Positions 21,130 to 31,299 of a DNA stretch of 64,000 bases are shown here, in pieces. Position 1 is the first letter of the stretch; each line of letters starts with the position of its first letter. The notes beneath the pieces are model-generated. The model had not been told where the DNA came from and did no database searches. It worked only from the letters and a program-made list of their open reading frames with translations. Position numbers and translations under genes: made by a program. Source of the DNA: an uncultured bacterium (lineage in GTDB: Bacteria; Krumholzibacteriota; Krumholzibacteriia; WVZY01); contig CAYXEN010000002.1 in NCBI GenBank assembly GCA_964464035.1, positions 26,003-90,002 of the forward strand, read 5' to 3'.

Positions 21130-22020
21130 GTGGAACTGATAGACGGCAAGGCGCTGAGTCTCCAGATCAAGAAGGAAGTAAGGGCAAAGGTCGATTCGCT
21201 CCCGGGAGGGAAGCAACCGTGTTTGACGCTCGTGCAGGTGGGCGACGATCCGGCCTCGAGCGTGTACGTGCGCAACAAGATTCGATCGTGCGAGGAATGC
21301 GGTATCAAGTCGGAATACATGCATCTCGATGCCGGTATCCCGGAGGGCGAACTACTCCACGTTCTTCGAGAGCTCAGCCGGAACGACTCCGTGCACGGGA
21401 TCCTGCTCCAGCTGCCGCTCCCCGGCCATCTCGACGAGGACAAGGTCGTATCCACCATCGATCCCGTCAAGGACGTGGACGGTTTCCATCCCGAGAATAT
21501 CGGATTGCTGGCGTCGGGAAAGCCGAGGTTCATCCCATGCACTCCAGCGGGCATAATCGAGATGCTGAGGCGTTATGGAATAGACACCAGAGGAAAGGAC
21601 GCCGTTGTGCTGGGTCGGAGTCTGATCGTGGGAAAGCCGATGGCAATGCTCCTCTCGCAGAAGAGCGATGCCGGCGATGCGACGGTCACGATCTGCCACA
21701 GCCGCACGCGGGACCTGAAGGCTCACACTTCGTCCGCGGACATTCTGGTCGTCGCCATGGGCAAGGCGCGATTCGTCCGAGGCGACATGGTCAAGGAAGG
21801 CGCCGTCGTAATAGACGTTGGGATCAACCGGGTCGAAGACGAGAGCAGGAAGAAGGGATACCGTCTCGTGGGCGACGTGGACTTCGAGGAAGTGGCGCCG
21901 AAGACATCATACATTACGCCGGTTCCCGGGGGCGTGGGGCCGATGACGGTGGCCATGTTGATGGTGAACACTCTCAAGGCCTACGGCATCCAGGAAGAAG
22001 CAAGCGATGGCGGTCATTGA
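21130..22020 (+). CDS. folD: Bifunctional methylenetetrahydrofolate dehydrogenase/cyclohydrolase
   Basis: GTG start. LIDGKALS, GILLQLPLP, VVLGRSLIVGKP, PVPGGVGPMTVAML. Confidence 0.9.
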   Translation: MELIDGKALSLQIKKEVRAKVDSLPGGKQPCLTLVQVGDDPASSVYVRNKIRSCEECGIKSEYMHLDAGIPEGELLHVLRELSRNDSVHGILLQLPLPGHLDEDKVVSTIDPVKDVDGFHPENIGLLASGKPRFIPCTPAGIIEMLRRYGIDTRGKDAVVLGRSLIVGKPMAMLLSQKSDAGDATVTICHSRTRDLKAHTSSADILVVAMGKARFVRGDMVKEGAVVIDVGINRVEDESRKKGYRLVGDVDFEEVAPKTSYITPVPGGVGPMTVAMLMVNTLKAYGIQEEASDGGH

Positions 22021-23230
22021 TCGGGAGATACTCACGGTTTCAGAGGTCAACGCCGTCGTGGGACGGCTCGTCGAAGAGAATTTCCCCGACGTCGCCGTTC
22101 TCGGCGAGATATCGAATCTCAAGCGGCATACTTCAGGGCATGTCTATTTCACGCTCAAGGATTCGAAAGCGCAGTTGAGCGCCGTCTGCTTCCGAAGCCA
22201 CGCGGAGAATCTTGAGGTGGAGCTCGAGGACGGCATACAGGTGATAGCCTCCGGAAGGCTCTCGATCTATGAGCCGTACGGCAAGTTCCAGCTCGTCGCT
22301 TACAGAATAGAGAGAGCCGGGGTAGGGGAGCTCGAGAGGGCATTCAGGGAATTGAAGGAGAAATTGGAGAAGGAAGGTTTGTTCGATGCCGAGAACAAGA
22401 AACCGCTTCCTTCCTTTCCATTCCGGATAGGCGTGATAACGTCTCCCACGGGGGCGGCGGTCAGGGACATCGTGTCCACGATAAAGCGACGCTGGCCTTG
22501 TGCGGAGATCCTGCTCTTTCCCGTTCACGTCCAGGGGGATCAAGCGGTACCCGAGATAACGTCGGCTCTCAGGCGGGTTTCGGACATGGCCGACGTCGAC
22601 CTCGTGATCGTGGGGAGAGGAGGAGGGAGCCTGGAGGATCTCTGGGCGTTCAACGAGGAGAGCGTGGCGAGGGCCGTTTTCGATTGCACGATTCCGGTGA
22701 TCAGCGCGGTGGGCCATGAAACGGACTTCACGATCACCGATTTCGTTGCGGACGCGAGGGCGGCGACTCCCACGATGGCCGGTGAGATAGCCGTTCCCCG
22801 CAGGGACGAGGTGATAGCCGGCATAGAGGAGATTACGGGCAGGATGACGAGATTCATACAGGGTTTGCTCGCCTTGCACACTTCCAGGCTCAAGGAGTTG
22901 CTGGGCAGTTATGCCTTGGGCAAAGTGCGCGGAAGCGTTGAAAGCGCTCTGCAGAGGCTCGATTACGCCCGCGAAAAACTGCAGGGCGTGATGGCCTCGT
23001 TGCTCGAGGAGAAGCAAGCTTGCTTGAGGCAGAAGCTCGCCGTGCTGCAATCGCTCTCCCCGAAGGCGGTGTTGGCGAGAGGCTTCGCTCTGTGTTCCGA
23101 TTCGGGGACGGGCAAAGTGATAAGGTCTGCCGATGAGGCCTTCCGGGCGGGGGGCATGAGGGTCACTTTTCAAGACGGGAGCGTGAGAGCGGACGTCAAG
23201 GAGAGAGAAAATGGCGGAGAAGAAGGATAG
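22007..23230 (+). CDS. xseA: Exodeoxyribonuclease VII large subunit
   Basis: N-terminal OB-fold (VYFTLKDS...), IGVITSPTGAAVRD, GRGGGS. Confidence 0.9.
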   Translation: MAVIDREILTVSEVNAVVGRLVEENFPDVAVLGEISNLKRHTSGHVYFTLKDSKAQLSAVCFRSHAENLEVELEDGIQVIASGRLSIYEPYGKFQLVAYRIERAGVGELERAFRELKEKLEKEGLFDAENKKPLPSFPFRIGVITSPTGAAVRDIVSTIKRRWPCAEILLFPVHVQGDQAVPEITSALRRVSDMADVDLVIVGRGGGSLEDLWAFNEESVARAVFDCTIPVISAVGHETDFTITDFVADARAATPTMAGEIAVPRRDEVIAGIEEITGRMTRFIQGLLALHTSRLKELLGSYALGKVRGSVESALQRLDYAREKLQGVMASLLEEKQACLRQKLAVLQSLSPKAVLARGFALCSDSGTGKVIRSADEAFRAGGMRVTFQDGSVRADVKERENGGEEG

Positions 23231-23444
23231 TTTCGAAGAATCCATGCGGAAGCTGGAGGCGGTGGTGGAGCAGCTCGAAAAGGGTGACTTCACGCTCGAG
23301 GAATCGCTGGAGAAATTCGAGGAAGGACTCGCTCTGGGAAAGCGATGCAGGGAGATCCTCGAAAAAGCCCGGGCGAGGGTGAAAAAGATCGTGGAAGACA
23401 GCGAAGGTGAAGCGGAGGAAAAGGACGTAAGCGATGAGTTCTGA
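23211..23444 (+). CDS. xseB: Exodeoxyribonuclease VII small subunit
   Basis: 77 aa. SFEESMRKLEAVVEQLEKGDFTLEESLEKFEEG. Confidence 0.85.
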   Translation: MAEKKDSFEESMRKLEAVVEQLEKGDFTLEESLEKFEEGLALGKRCREILEKARARVKKIVEDSEGEAEEKDVSDEF

Positions 23445-24345
23445 AACTTCCGAGGAAGTTCTCCAGTCGGCTTTGAGCAGGGAGAGAGAGTCCATCGAAT
23501 GTAGACTGGGGGAGCTTCTCTCAGACCTCGAGGATGCACCGGATACGCTGAGGGAAGCGATGCGGTACTCGCTTCTCGATGGAGGCAAGCGCCTCCGCCC
23601 GATACTATGTCTGTGGGCGCACGATCTCCTCGAGGGGTCCTCCCGCGAGGCGTGCCTCGACGTGGCGTGTGCCATCGAGGTCTTGCATACGTATACTCTG
23701 ATTCACGACGATCTTCCCTGCATGGACGACGACGACCTGAGAAGGGGCAGGCCGAGCTCGCACAAGCGGTTCGGCGAGGCCGCTGCGATCCTGGCCGGCG
23801 ACGCTCTGCTCACCATGTGTTTCTCGATCATCGCCGGAATAACCGGGCGTTGGGGAGTGAGCGCCGATACGGCGGTGGAGATAGCGGCTATCATCGCGAG
23901 AGCGGGGGGAGCGGAGGGAGTGGTCGGAGGCCAGGTTCTGGATCTGGAAGGAGAGAGACTCCAGGTGGATATCGAGCGCGTGAGAGAGATCCATCTCAAG
24001 AAGACGGCGGCGTTGATCGCCGCTGCGGTGGAGTGCGGCGCGGTTATGGGGGGGGCGGACCGGGCCTTGCGTGAGCGTGCGAGAATGATCGGTCTCCAAG
24101 CCGGCGAGGCGTTTCAGATAATCGATGACCTCTTGGACATCGAGGTGGATACGGCGACCCTGGGCAAGAAGAGCGGCAAGGACGAGGCGCAGGGCAAGCA
24201 GACTTACCCCGCCGCAGTGGGCAGGGAGAGAGCGAGGGAGCGGGCGGGGGAATTGATTCTCGAGGCCAAGCGGGGGCTTCGCTCACTGGGGGACGATCCC
24301 AGGCTGGAGGCGCTTCTGGATTTCATCCTCGCAAGGCGTTCCTAG
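23434..24345 (+). CDS. ispA: Polyprenyl diphosphate synthase (farnesyl/geranylgeranyl diphosphate synthase)
   Basis: GGKRLRP, first DDxxD (IHDDLPCMDDDDLRRG), second DD motif (FQIIDDLLD). Overlaps the xseB stop. Confidence 0.85.
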   Translation: MSSETSEEVLQSALSRERESIECRLGELLSDLEDAPDTLREAMRYSLLDGGKRLRPILCLWAHDLLEGSSREACLDVACAIEVLHTYTLIHDDLPCMDDDDLRRGRPSSHKRFGEAAAILAGDALLTMCFSIIAGITGRWGVSADTAVEIAAIIARAGGAEGVVGGQVLDLEGERLQVDIERVREIHLKKTAALIAAAVECGAVMGGADRALRERARMIGLQAGEAFQIIDDLLDIEVDTATLGKKSGKDEAQGKQTYPAAVGRERARERAGELILEAKRGLRSLGDDPRLEALLDFILARRS

Positions 24346-24363
24346 CCTTGGAAAGCGGGTTTC

Positions 24364-24819
24364 ATGCTGGAAATCATCGGAAACAAGCCTTTTCTCGCTG
24401 CGATCCTCGCGGGGGCGGCCGCGCAGACCATCAAAGTAGTAACTTTCCTGCTGATAGAAAAGAGAGTAAACTATAGGAGGCTGGTACAGACCGAGGGAAG
24501 CCCGAACATGCACAGTGCGGCCATGTCCGCGCTCACGCTGGCTGTCGGCTTCAAGAGCGGTTTCGGCTCGCTGGTCTTCGCGCTCTCGATCTGCCTGAGC
24601 CTTCTGGTGATGGTGGATACCCTGAACGTGAGAAACGCCACATCCAAACAGGCGGCGGTGATATACTTCGTCGTCGAAAGACTGCGGATGAGAAAGCATC
24701 CCGAGCTGGCTGAAGAGGGCCCGTATGTGGCAAGCCCCTCGGCGCAGGTTTCCTATTCACTCGTCGATGTCCTGAGCGGAGTCGTTCTGGGCGTCGTAAT
24801 GACCATGCTTCTGGTTTGA
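24364..24819 (+). CDS. Divergent PAP2-family membrane protein (YuiD-like, DUF212)
   Basis: 151-aa, 4-TM. Resembles the divergent PAP2 family. Confidence 0.6.
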   Translation: MLEIIGNKPFLAAILAGAAAQTIKVVTFLLIEKRVNYRRLVQTEGSPNMHSAAMSALTLAVGFKSGFGSLVFALSICLSLLVMVDTLNVRNATSKQAAVIYFVVERLRMRKHPELAEEGPYVASPSAQVSYSLVDVLSGVVLGVVMTMLLV

Positions 24820-24825
24820 CATCGG

Positions 24826-26748
24826 ATGGAGATACAAATGGCCGGATTGATCGACAAGATAGATTCACCCGCAGATCTCAAGAAGTTTCCCGTCGAGCGA
24901 CTTCCCGATATAGCTGCCGAGTTGCGTGAAAGAATAATCGAGGTCGTGTCCAAGACCGGTGGACATCTGGGGGCAAGCCTGGGCGCCGTGGAGATCACGC
25001 TGGCCTTGCATTATGTCTTCGATGCACCCAGGGACAAGATCATCTGGGACGTCGGTCATCAAGCCTACAGCCACAAGCTTCTCACCGGCAGGAGGGAGGA
25101 GTTCGAGACCCTGCGCCGCAAGGGAGGGATAAGCGGGTTTCCCAAGAGGGACGAGAGCGAATACGACGCTTTCGGCGTCGGGCATGCGAGTACGTCCATT
25201 AGCGCCGCCCTGGGAATGGCGTGCGCGCGGGACCTGGCGGGGGACGACTACAGGGTGGTCGCCGTGGTGGGAGACGGCGCCTTGACCGGGGGAATCTCGT
25301 TCGAGGCCATCAACAATGCGGGAATGATGAAGAGGGATCTCCTGATCATCCTGAACGACAACAAGATGTCCATTTCGCGGAACGTCGGCGCCCTGTCGAA
25401 GTACCTCACGATGATAACGTCGGGCAAGATCTACAACCGCATGGAAGCCGACGTCTGGGAACTCCTGGGACTGATCCCGAAGGTGGGAGGCAAGACGCGG
25501 AAGCTGGCCAAGAGGATAAAGGAGAGCATCAAGAACCTCATCGTTCCCGGCGTAATCTTCGAGGAGCTCGGATTCAAGTACTTCGGACCGGTCGACGGAC
25601 ACAACGTCGAGTTTCTCGTGCAAACGCTCAGAGACATCAAGAAACTCAAGGGCCCGATCATCCTGCATACCTTGACGCGGAAAGGAAAGGGCTACGAGTT
25701 CGCCGAAAAGGACGATCTGTGCTGTCACGGTGTGAGCAGTTTCGACAAGGTTCCCGGCGACAGGAAAGGCGACGACAGGGTGCCGACATACACGAAGGTG
25801 TTCGGCGATACGATGCTGGAAGTCGCCGAAAGGGACGAGTCGGTCGTGGCTATAACCGCCGCGATGCCGGACAACACCGGCCTGAAGCCTTTTGCGGAAA
25901 AGTATCCCGATCGCTTCTTCGACGTCGGGATCGCCGAGCAGCACGCGGTGACGTTCGCGGCGGGGCTCGCGGTGGAAGGATTGAAACCGGTCGTGGCGAT
26001 CTACTCGACTTTTCTCCAGAGGGCCTTCGACCAGGTGATTCACGACGTGGCCTTGCAGAAACTGCCCGTTCGCTTCGTACTCGATCGTGGCGGACTGGTA
26101 GGGGAGGACGGCCCCACGCATCACGGTGCGTTCGATTTGAGCTACATGCGTTTGATCCCCGACATGGTCTTCATGTCCCCGAAAGACGAAAACGAATTGC
26201 GCAACATGATAGCGACTCTCATATCCTACGACGAGGGCCCGATCGCCGTCCGCTTTCCGCGGGGCAAGGGAGCCGGAGTGGAATTGGACGAATCCCCGGC
26301 GGCGATTCCCATCGGTCGAGCCGAGATAGTTAAGGAGGGGCGGGACATGGCTTTCATAGCCGTCGGCAGCGCGGTGGCAACGTGCCTTCAGGCGGCCCGG
26401 AATCTCCAGGAGACGCACAGGGTCGACGCGATGGTCGTGAACGCGCGTTTCATAAAGCCGCTGGATGAAGAATTGATCATTGGTTTGGCCGAGAAGGGCA
26501 TACCGATTCTCACCGTCGAGGAAAACGTTCTCGCCGGGGGATTCGGCGGGGGTGTGCTCGAGCTGCTGATCCGTAACGGGATAGAAAAGGCGAGGGTGAT
26601 GAATGCGGGTATCCCCGACCGTTTCATAGAACACGGCAGCAGGAGCGAGCTCTTGCAAGACATCGGATTGGATGCAGATTCCATCACGGCGACGGCCGAA
26701 GAGCTCTTGGGATTCCACGTCGAGAAGAAGATGTTCAACCGTTCGTGA
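24826..26748 (+). CDS. dxs: 1-deoxy-D-xylulose-5-phosphate synthase
   Basis: 640 aa. TGGHLGASLG, GDGALTGG TPP-binding motifs, transketolase-like C-terminal domains. Confidence 0.95.
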   Translation: MEIQMAGLIDKIDSPADLKKFPVERLPDIAAELRERIIEVVSKTGGHLGASLGAVEITLALHYVFDAPRDKIIWDVGHQAYSHKLLTGRREEFETLRRKGGISGFPKRDESEYDAFGVGHASTSISAALGMACARDLAGDDYRVVAVVGDGALTGGISFEAINNAGMMKRDLLIILNDNKMSISRNVGALSKYLTMITSGKIYNRMEADVWELLGLIPKVGGKTRKLAKRIKESIKNLIVPGVIFEELGFKYFGPVDGHNVEFLVQTLRDIKKLKGPIILHTLTRKGKGYEFAEKDDLCCHGVSSFDKVPGDRKGDDRVPTYTKVFGDTMLEVAERDESVVAITAAMPDNTGLKPFAEKYPDRFFDVGIAEQHAVTFAAGLAVEGLKPVVAIYSTFLQRAFDQVIHDVALQKLPVRFVLDRGGLVGEDGPTHHGAFDLSYMRLIPDMVFMSPKDENELRNMIATLISYDEGPIAVRFPRGKGAGVELDESPAAIPIGRAEIVKEGRDMAFIAVGSAVATCLQAARNLQETHRVDAMVVNARFIKPLDEELIIGLAEKGIPILTVEENVLAGGFGGGVLELLIRNGIEKARVMNAGIPDRFIEHGSRSELLQDIGLDADSITATAEELLGFHVEKKMFNRS

Positions 26749-26767
26749 ATTGAAGGCGGGTGAGGAA

Positions 26768-27595
26768 ATGACGTTCAAGCGCGTGGGGGTTGTCGCCAAC
26801 CTCGAGAAGAAAGAGGCGGTGGATTTCCTGGGAAAACTCGTTCCCGAACTTACGAACGGCGGGTTCGAAGCCTTCCTTGCTCCCGAGATCAAGGACGTTT
26901 ACAAAACGAAAGTCGATTACGAGATTCCATCCGATTGCGACATGATAATCGCTCTCGGGGGCGACGGCACCATTCTGAAAGTAGCGCGGAAATATTCGCA
27001 AGACGAGATACCGATATTCGGCATAAATCTGGGCAGGCTGGGATTTCTGGCGGAGGAGGTCGGCCTCGGCGGTCTCGAGAGGATAATGGAGGGTAGATTC
27101 AAGATCCAGGATCGAATGCGAATATCCGCGCGCGTAATGAAGGACGACGAAGTGCTCGCCAGGCTCGACGCACTGAACGACGTCGTCGTTCACGGAGCCG
27201 GCTTTTCCCGGATGATAACCATACGAACCGAGGTCGACAGCAAGCTGATCCGCGAGTACACGGCGGACGGGATAATACTGGCGACGCCGACGGGTTCGAC
27301 GGCATATTCCCTGTCGGCCGGCGGGCCGTTGCTCACTCCGACGATAGAAGCAATGTTGCTTACGCCTCTTTGCCCGCATTCACTGAGTATCCGCCCGATC
27401 GTGCTGGATGCTTCCGAGAAGATCTTCGTGCGCATCGTTTCCAGCAAGTCGAAGTGTATGATCACGGCGGACGGGCAGGTGAGCTCCGATCTCGAAAAAA
27501 GCTGGTCGGTGGTCGTTGAGAAGAGCAGGCACGTCACGAAACTCGTCATCCCCGACGATTACGATTTCTTTGCATTGCTCCGCGACAAGCTTTGA
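26768..27595 (+). CDS. nadK: NAD kinase
   Basis: Start at MTFKRVGVV, GGUGAGGA RBS. GGDGT, NLGRLGFL, DGIILATPTGSTAYSLSAGGP. Confidence 0.9.
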   Translation: MTFKRVGVVANLEKKEAVDFLGKLVPELTNGGFEAFLAPEIKDVYKTKVDYEIPSDCDMIIALGGDGTILKVARKYSQDEIPIFGINLGRLGFLAEEVGLGGLERIMEGRFKIQDRMRISARVMKDDEVLARLDALNDVVVHGAGFSRMITIRTEVDSKLIREYTADGIILATPTGSTAYSLSAGGPLLTPTIEAMLLTPLCPHSLSIRPIVLDASEKIFVRIVSSKSKCMITADGQVSSDLEKSWSVVVEKSRHVTKLVIPDDYDFFALLRDKL

Positions 27596-27633
27596 TGACG
27601 GCTTGATACGGAGCCGCGACGATTTCTCCTGAC

Positions 27634-29355
27634 ATGCTCAAGTCACTTCACATACGAAACCTTGCAGTCGTTGAGGACATCACGCTCACGTTCGACCGCG
27701 GCCTCAACGTGTTGACGGGATCGACCGGAGCGGGAAAGTCCCTCATCCTGGGCGCGGTCAATCTCCTGCGGGGTTCGAAGATCGACGGCCGGATGCTCAG
27801 GAGGGGTGAGACGAACGCCCTGGTAGAGGCTACGTTCATCACCGAGGAAGGTGCGGGTCTCCCGCTGGAGGGCGGATCGACAAGGGGGGAGATCACTCTC
27901 GCCAGAAAGATCAATGCGGGAGGCAGGAGCAGGGCATACGTAAACGGCAAGCCGGTTCAGCTGAGTACGATGATCGAACTTGCGCGGGACTTGATAGAAC
28001 CCCACGGGCAGAACGAACAGATGAAACTCAAGTCCCAGGAGAACCACATCGCCTACCTCGATGAATACGCGGGCCTGGATGGGATGAAAGAAGACTACGG
28101 ACGGCTGCTCGGGGAATTCGATTCGGCTCGAAGGCGACTCGACGATTTCAACCAAAGGATGATACTGGTTCGGGAGAAGAGGGAGATCCTGGAACACAGG
28201 ATCGAGGATCTCTCTCGCGCCAACTTGTTGGAGGGGGAGAAGGAGGAGTTGGAGAAGAAAGTGGCGATGCTGGAGAACTCCCATCAGATCCTCGAGGGTG
28301 TCGGCATGGCCTGTGACCTGCTCTACGAGAACGAGCAATCCGCATGGAGCCTCGTGAGAAAAAGCTCCGAGGCTCTGGAGCGCATCGCGGGAGTCGACGA
28401 ATTGTTCTCAGATTGCGTGGAGCGGCTGGAGAGCGCCGGGATAGGCATCGCGGAGTGCGTGGACGAGCTTCGGGATTATCTGGACCGCGTGGACTGCGAC
28501 CCTTCCGAACTCGAAAGCATGCAGTCGCGATTGGCATTTCTCCAGCAGGTGGAGAGACGTTACGGCAAGTCGATCGACGAGTTGATCGCCGAAGCGGACA
28601 AGTGGCGTGAAGAACTGGATTCGTTGGAACTCGAAAACGAGCAGAGAACCCGGTTGGAAAAAGAAGTCCGCGACAAGCTGGAGCGCCTGCGAGAAAAGGC
28701 CCTCGAGCTGAGCAGAAAACGAGAGCGGGCCGCCGCGCAATTGGATCGCCGGGTGACCTCGTCGCTCCGAGAGATGCGCATGCCGGACGTGGTGTTCAGG
28801 ACCGATATCGAGTTTGTCGAGTCCCCGGACGGGATAATGGACATCGAAGGAAAGAAGATCAAGATTTTCCAAGACGGGATCGATCGGGTGGAATTCTTCA
28901 TAATCACCAACAAGGGGGAAAAGGAAGGCCGCGTCTGCGAGATTGCTTCGACCGGCGAAACCTCGAGGATAGCTCTGGCACTCAAGGATGTGATAAGCTC
29001 GAGGAGGAAGAGCAGCGTTCTGGTATTCGATGAGTTGGACGCGGGAATAGGCGCCGACATGGGGGAAGCGATTGCGGAAAAATTGTTGTCCTTGAGCGGG
29101 AAGTACCAGATCATAGCGATAACCCACATGCCGCAGATCGCGGCGGCTGCGCACAGGCATCTCGTGGTTTCCAAGCGGGTGGAGGGAGGCAGGACGCGAG
29201 TCGAGGTTGAAGAGGTGCGGGGTGGCAAGAGGGAAGAGGAGTTGGCCAGGATGCTCGGCGGCGGGGGCGACGACATGGAGAAAGTACTTGCCTTGGCTTC
29301 CGAAATGTTGCATGCAAGAAAAGCCCGTCGAGATTACGAAGGCATGCGCCCGTAG
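27634..29355 (+). CDS. recN: DNA repair protein RecN
   Basis: 573 aa. N-terminal Walker A (GSTGAGKS), long coiled-coil, C-terminal signature/Walker B (VLVFDELDAGIG). Confidence 0.9.
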   Translation: MLKSLHIRNLAVVEDITLTFDRGLNVLTGSTGAGKSLILGAVNLLRGSKIDGRMLRRGETNALVEATFITEEGAGLPLEGGSTRGEITLARKINAGGRSRAYVNGKPVQLSTMIELARDLIEPHGQNEQMKLKSQENHIAYLDEYAGLDGMKEDYGRLLGEFDSARRRLDDFNQRMILVREKREILEHRIEDLSRANLLEGEKEELEKKVAMLENSHQILEGVGMACDLLYENEQSAWSLVRKSSEALERIAGVDELFSDCVERLESAGIGIAECVDELRDYLDRVDCDPSELESMQSRLAFLQQVERRYGKSIDELIAEADKWREELDSLELENEQRTRLEKEVRDKLERLREKALELSRKRERAAAQLDRRVTSSLREMRMPDVVFRTDIEFVESPDGIMDIEGKKIKIFQDGIDRVEFFIITNKGEKEGRVCEIASTGETSRIALALKDVISSRRKSSVLVFDELDAGIGADMGEAIAEKLLSLSGKYQIIAITHMPQIAAAAHRHLVVSKRVEGGRTRVEVEEVRGGKREEELARMLGGGGDDMEKVLALASEMLHARKARRDYEGMRP

Positions 29356-29418
29356 CTCAGTGGATAGAGCACCGGCCTCCGGAGCCGGGTGCCGCAGGTT
29401 CGAATCCTGCCGGGCGCA
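29346..29418 (+). tRNA. tRNA-Arg (anticodon CCG)
   Basis: Acceptor GCGCCCG/CGGGCGC, D-arm GCTC-AGTGGATA-GAGC, anticodon stem CCGGC/GCCGG with loop CTCCGGA, T-arm GCAGG-TTCGAAT-CCTGC. CCA not encoded. The 5-prime end overlaps the recN stop. Confidence 0.85.
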
Positions 29419-29505
29419 AATCCACCTTCCGCTCTCAACCCTCGAGACAGGGAACATCATGCCGGAGCGAGGACGTTGGACGCCCAAGCGGAAAGGAAAT
29501 GGACC

Positions 29506-29715
29506 TTGCTGAGCTACTTGTTGCGATTCTTGTTCTTTGTGCTTCTGCTCAGGCTCCTTTCGCCCTTTTTCAGGGGCTTGCGCAAGCTGTTCACTTCTTC
29601 TTCGAACCCCGGATCCACGGGTAAGCCCCCGAAGAAAACCCCCGATTACTCCGACTTGACCCCGTACGAGATCGAGGACGCAGAGTACGAAGAGTTGAAG
29701 GAGAAGCGCCCGTGA
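29506..29715 (+). CDS. Small hypothetical single-TM protein, putative UUG start
   Basis: In-frame TTG 6 nt after GAAAGGAAA. Hydrophobic N-terminus (LSYLLRFLFFVLLLRLL), acidic tail (DYSDLTPYEIEDAEYEELKEKRP). Stop overlaps the next start (GTGA). A competing 41-aa ATG ORF in another frame at 29499. Confidence 0.25.
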   Translation: MLSYLLRFLFFVLLLRLLSPFFRGLRKLFTSSSNPGSTGKPPKKTPDYSDLTPYEIEDAEYEELKEKRP

Positions 29716-30032
29716 TCTTCAAGCAAAAAAAGGTCAGGAGATCCGACAAGTTCAGGTTTCGCTACGTTCGTGCTCGCACCAGTCGAAGGGAAGTATTGGC
29801 TTCCCAGTATTCGATCGCCGTGGTCCAGGCGGCATTGGGCATAGCGCTCCTCGTGGCTTCGTACGAGAGCTTCCGTGTTTTCAGGTTGCGCGGTCCGAGC
29901 CTGCCTTTCCTCGCCAAGTATTCTCTATCCTTCCTTTTCCTCCTGGGGGGAATATTTTCCCTTCGTTCCGGGCTCCGAAGATTCCGCATCCTGCGCCGCG
30001 ACGGCGCGAAAGGGCCGAGCAAGCCGGCATGA
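29712..30032 (+). CDS. Hypothetical two-TM protein
   Basis: 106 aa, GTG start coupled to the upstream small ORF. Basic N-terminus then two hydrophobic segments. Confidence 0.3.
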   Translation: MIFKQKKVRRSDKFRFRYVRARTSRREVLASQYSIAVVQAALGIALLVASYESFRVFRLRGPSLPFLAKYSLSFLFLLGGIFSLRSGLRRFRILRRDGAKGPSKPA

Positions 30033-30070
30033 CAGGCGCCGGCGTATGGATTCCTTCTTAACCCAAACCA

Positions 30071-30086
30071 TGGCATAGGTTTTGCA
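30071..30086 (+). promoter_or_regulatory. Sigma-54 (-24/-12) promoter candidate upstream of the GAF-GGDEF gene
   Basis: TGGCAT-aggtt-TTGCA. GG and GC are separated by exactly 10 nt. About 78 nt upstream of ATG 30164. Confidence 0.45.
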
Positions 30087-30163
30087 CAAAAGCGGGGGAG
30101 CATAGGTCCGGCCTCCATGCGGATTTAATTCATTTTATCAAGTGAACGTCGCAAGCGATTGCA

Positions 30164-31222
30164 ATGAAAAAACTTGAAAAACACAAGGATCTTCTTTTCT
30201 CGACCATCTCCGAGATCACGAGCCTCATAATTGCCGGCAACGACAAGAAAATAATTATCCAGAAGCTCCTTGATTGTTCCCTGAGGATCTTGGAAGCGGA
30301 GAAGGTGTATCTGCTGGAGCTGAGCGGCGAAAGGATAATCAAGTATTCCAAGTCCGAGGACGGTATGGAAGACGGGGAGATGAGCATCGAGATCGTGCCG
30401 GGAAAGACGGGAGTCATGGAGTGGATGATAAAAGAGGGAAAGGACAGCGAGCTGATGCACAAGGGCGAGGAGCTGGCTTTCGACGTCCCGGTGCTGGCGG
30501 ACCATTTCCTCAGCGACGGGGACAAGGCGCGAATAATAATCTCCGCGCCCCTAGTGGCGAAGAAATCGATGTTCGGGTTGCTGGTGGCGTTGCACAAGAG
30601 CGACGGCGGGCTGTACTCCAAGGAGGACATCAAGCTAATAACCGTGTTGGCGAACCAGGCTGCGATCGCGGTTGAAAACACGATCCTCTACCAGAAGCTC
30701 GAAAAGGAGGCGGTCACCGACGGACTCACGGGAGTATTCAACTACCGTTTCCTGATGACTTCGCTGGAGCGGGAGATCAAGCGAGCCGCGAGATTCAACC
30801 AGGTTTTTTCCTTCGTGATGCTCGATGTGGACAATCTGAAGAAATACAACGACACCCTCGGCCACCTCTACGGGAGCCAGGCCCTGAAAGAAATTGCGAT
30901 CATCATCAAGAACAACTGCCGTGAGATCGACTTCGTCAGCAAGTACGGCGGAGACGAGTTCGGGATCATTCTCCCCCAGACCGATCTCGAGGGGGCGGAG
31001 AATGTCACGAAGCGCATAGTCAGCGCGGTGAGCAGCCACAGGTTCGACGGAACCTCCGCGGGGCTTCTCACCTGCAGTGCGGGCATCTCGCTCTTTCCCA
31101 AGGACGGCAAGACGGCTAAAGAGCTGATCGCAAGCGCCGATAAGGCATTGTATCAGGCCAAGCGCTCCGGAAAGAACAAGCTGTCGACGACGATGGATTT
31201 GATCGTCGATGTCAGCGACTGA
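30164..31222 (+). CDS. GAF domain-containing diguanylate cyclase (GGDEF)
   Basis: N-terminal GAF-like region. GGDEF domain with intact site (GLTGVFNYRF...KYGGDEFGIIL). Confidence 0.85.
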   Translation: MKKLEKHKDLLFSTISEITSLIIAGNDKKIIIQKLLDCSLRILEAEKVYLLELSGERIIKYSKSEDGMEDGEMSIEIVPGKTGVMEWMIKEGKDSELMHKGEELAFDVPVLADHFLSDGDKARIIISAPLVAKKSMFGLLVALHKSDGGLYSKEDIKLITVLANQAAIAVENTILYQKLEKEAVTDGLTGVFNYRFLMTSLEREIKRAARFNQVFSFVMLDVDNLKKYNDTLGHLYGSQALKEIAIIIKNNCREIDFVSKYGGDEFGIILPQTDLEGAENVTKRIVSAVSSHRFDGTSAGLLTCSAGISLFPKDGKTAKELIASADKALYQAKRSGKNKLSTTMDLIVDVSD

Positions 31223-31299
31223 TTTCTGGTTTCCACTTCCGGAATATCTCGTGTATGATGGAGCGGAGCCGTAGTCGATTCAAAAAGAAGAGGTATCAT

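Noticed and set aside
22133-23539. 468-aa minus-strand ORF
   Set aside because: Antisense to xseA and xseB.
24865-26892. 675-aa minus-strand ORF
   Set aside because: Antisense to dxs and nadK. The sense genes are unambiguous.
28408-29487. 359-aa minus-strand ORF spanning the recN end and tRNA-Arg
   Set aside because: Antisense to recN and overlaps a tRNA gene. No support.
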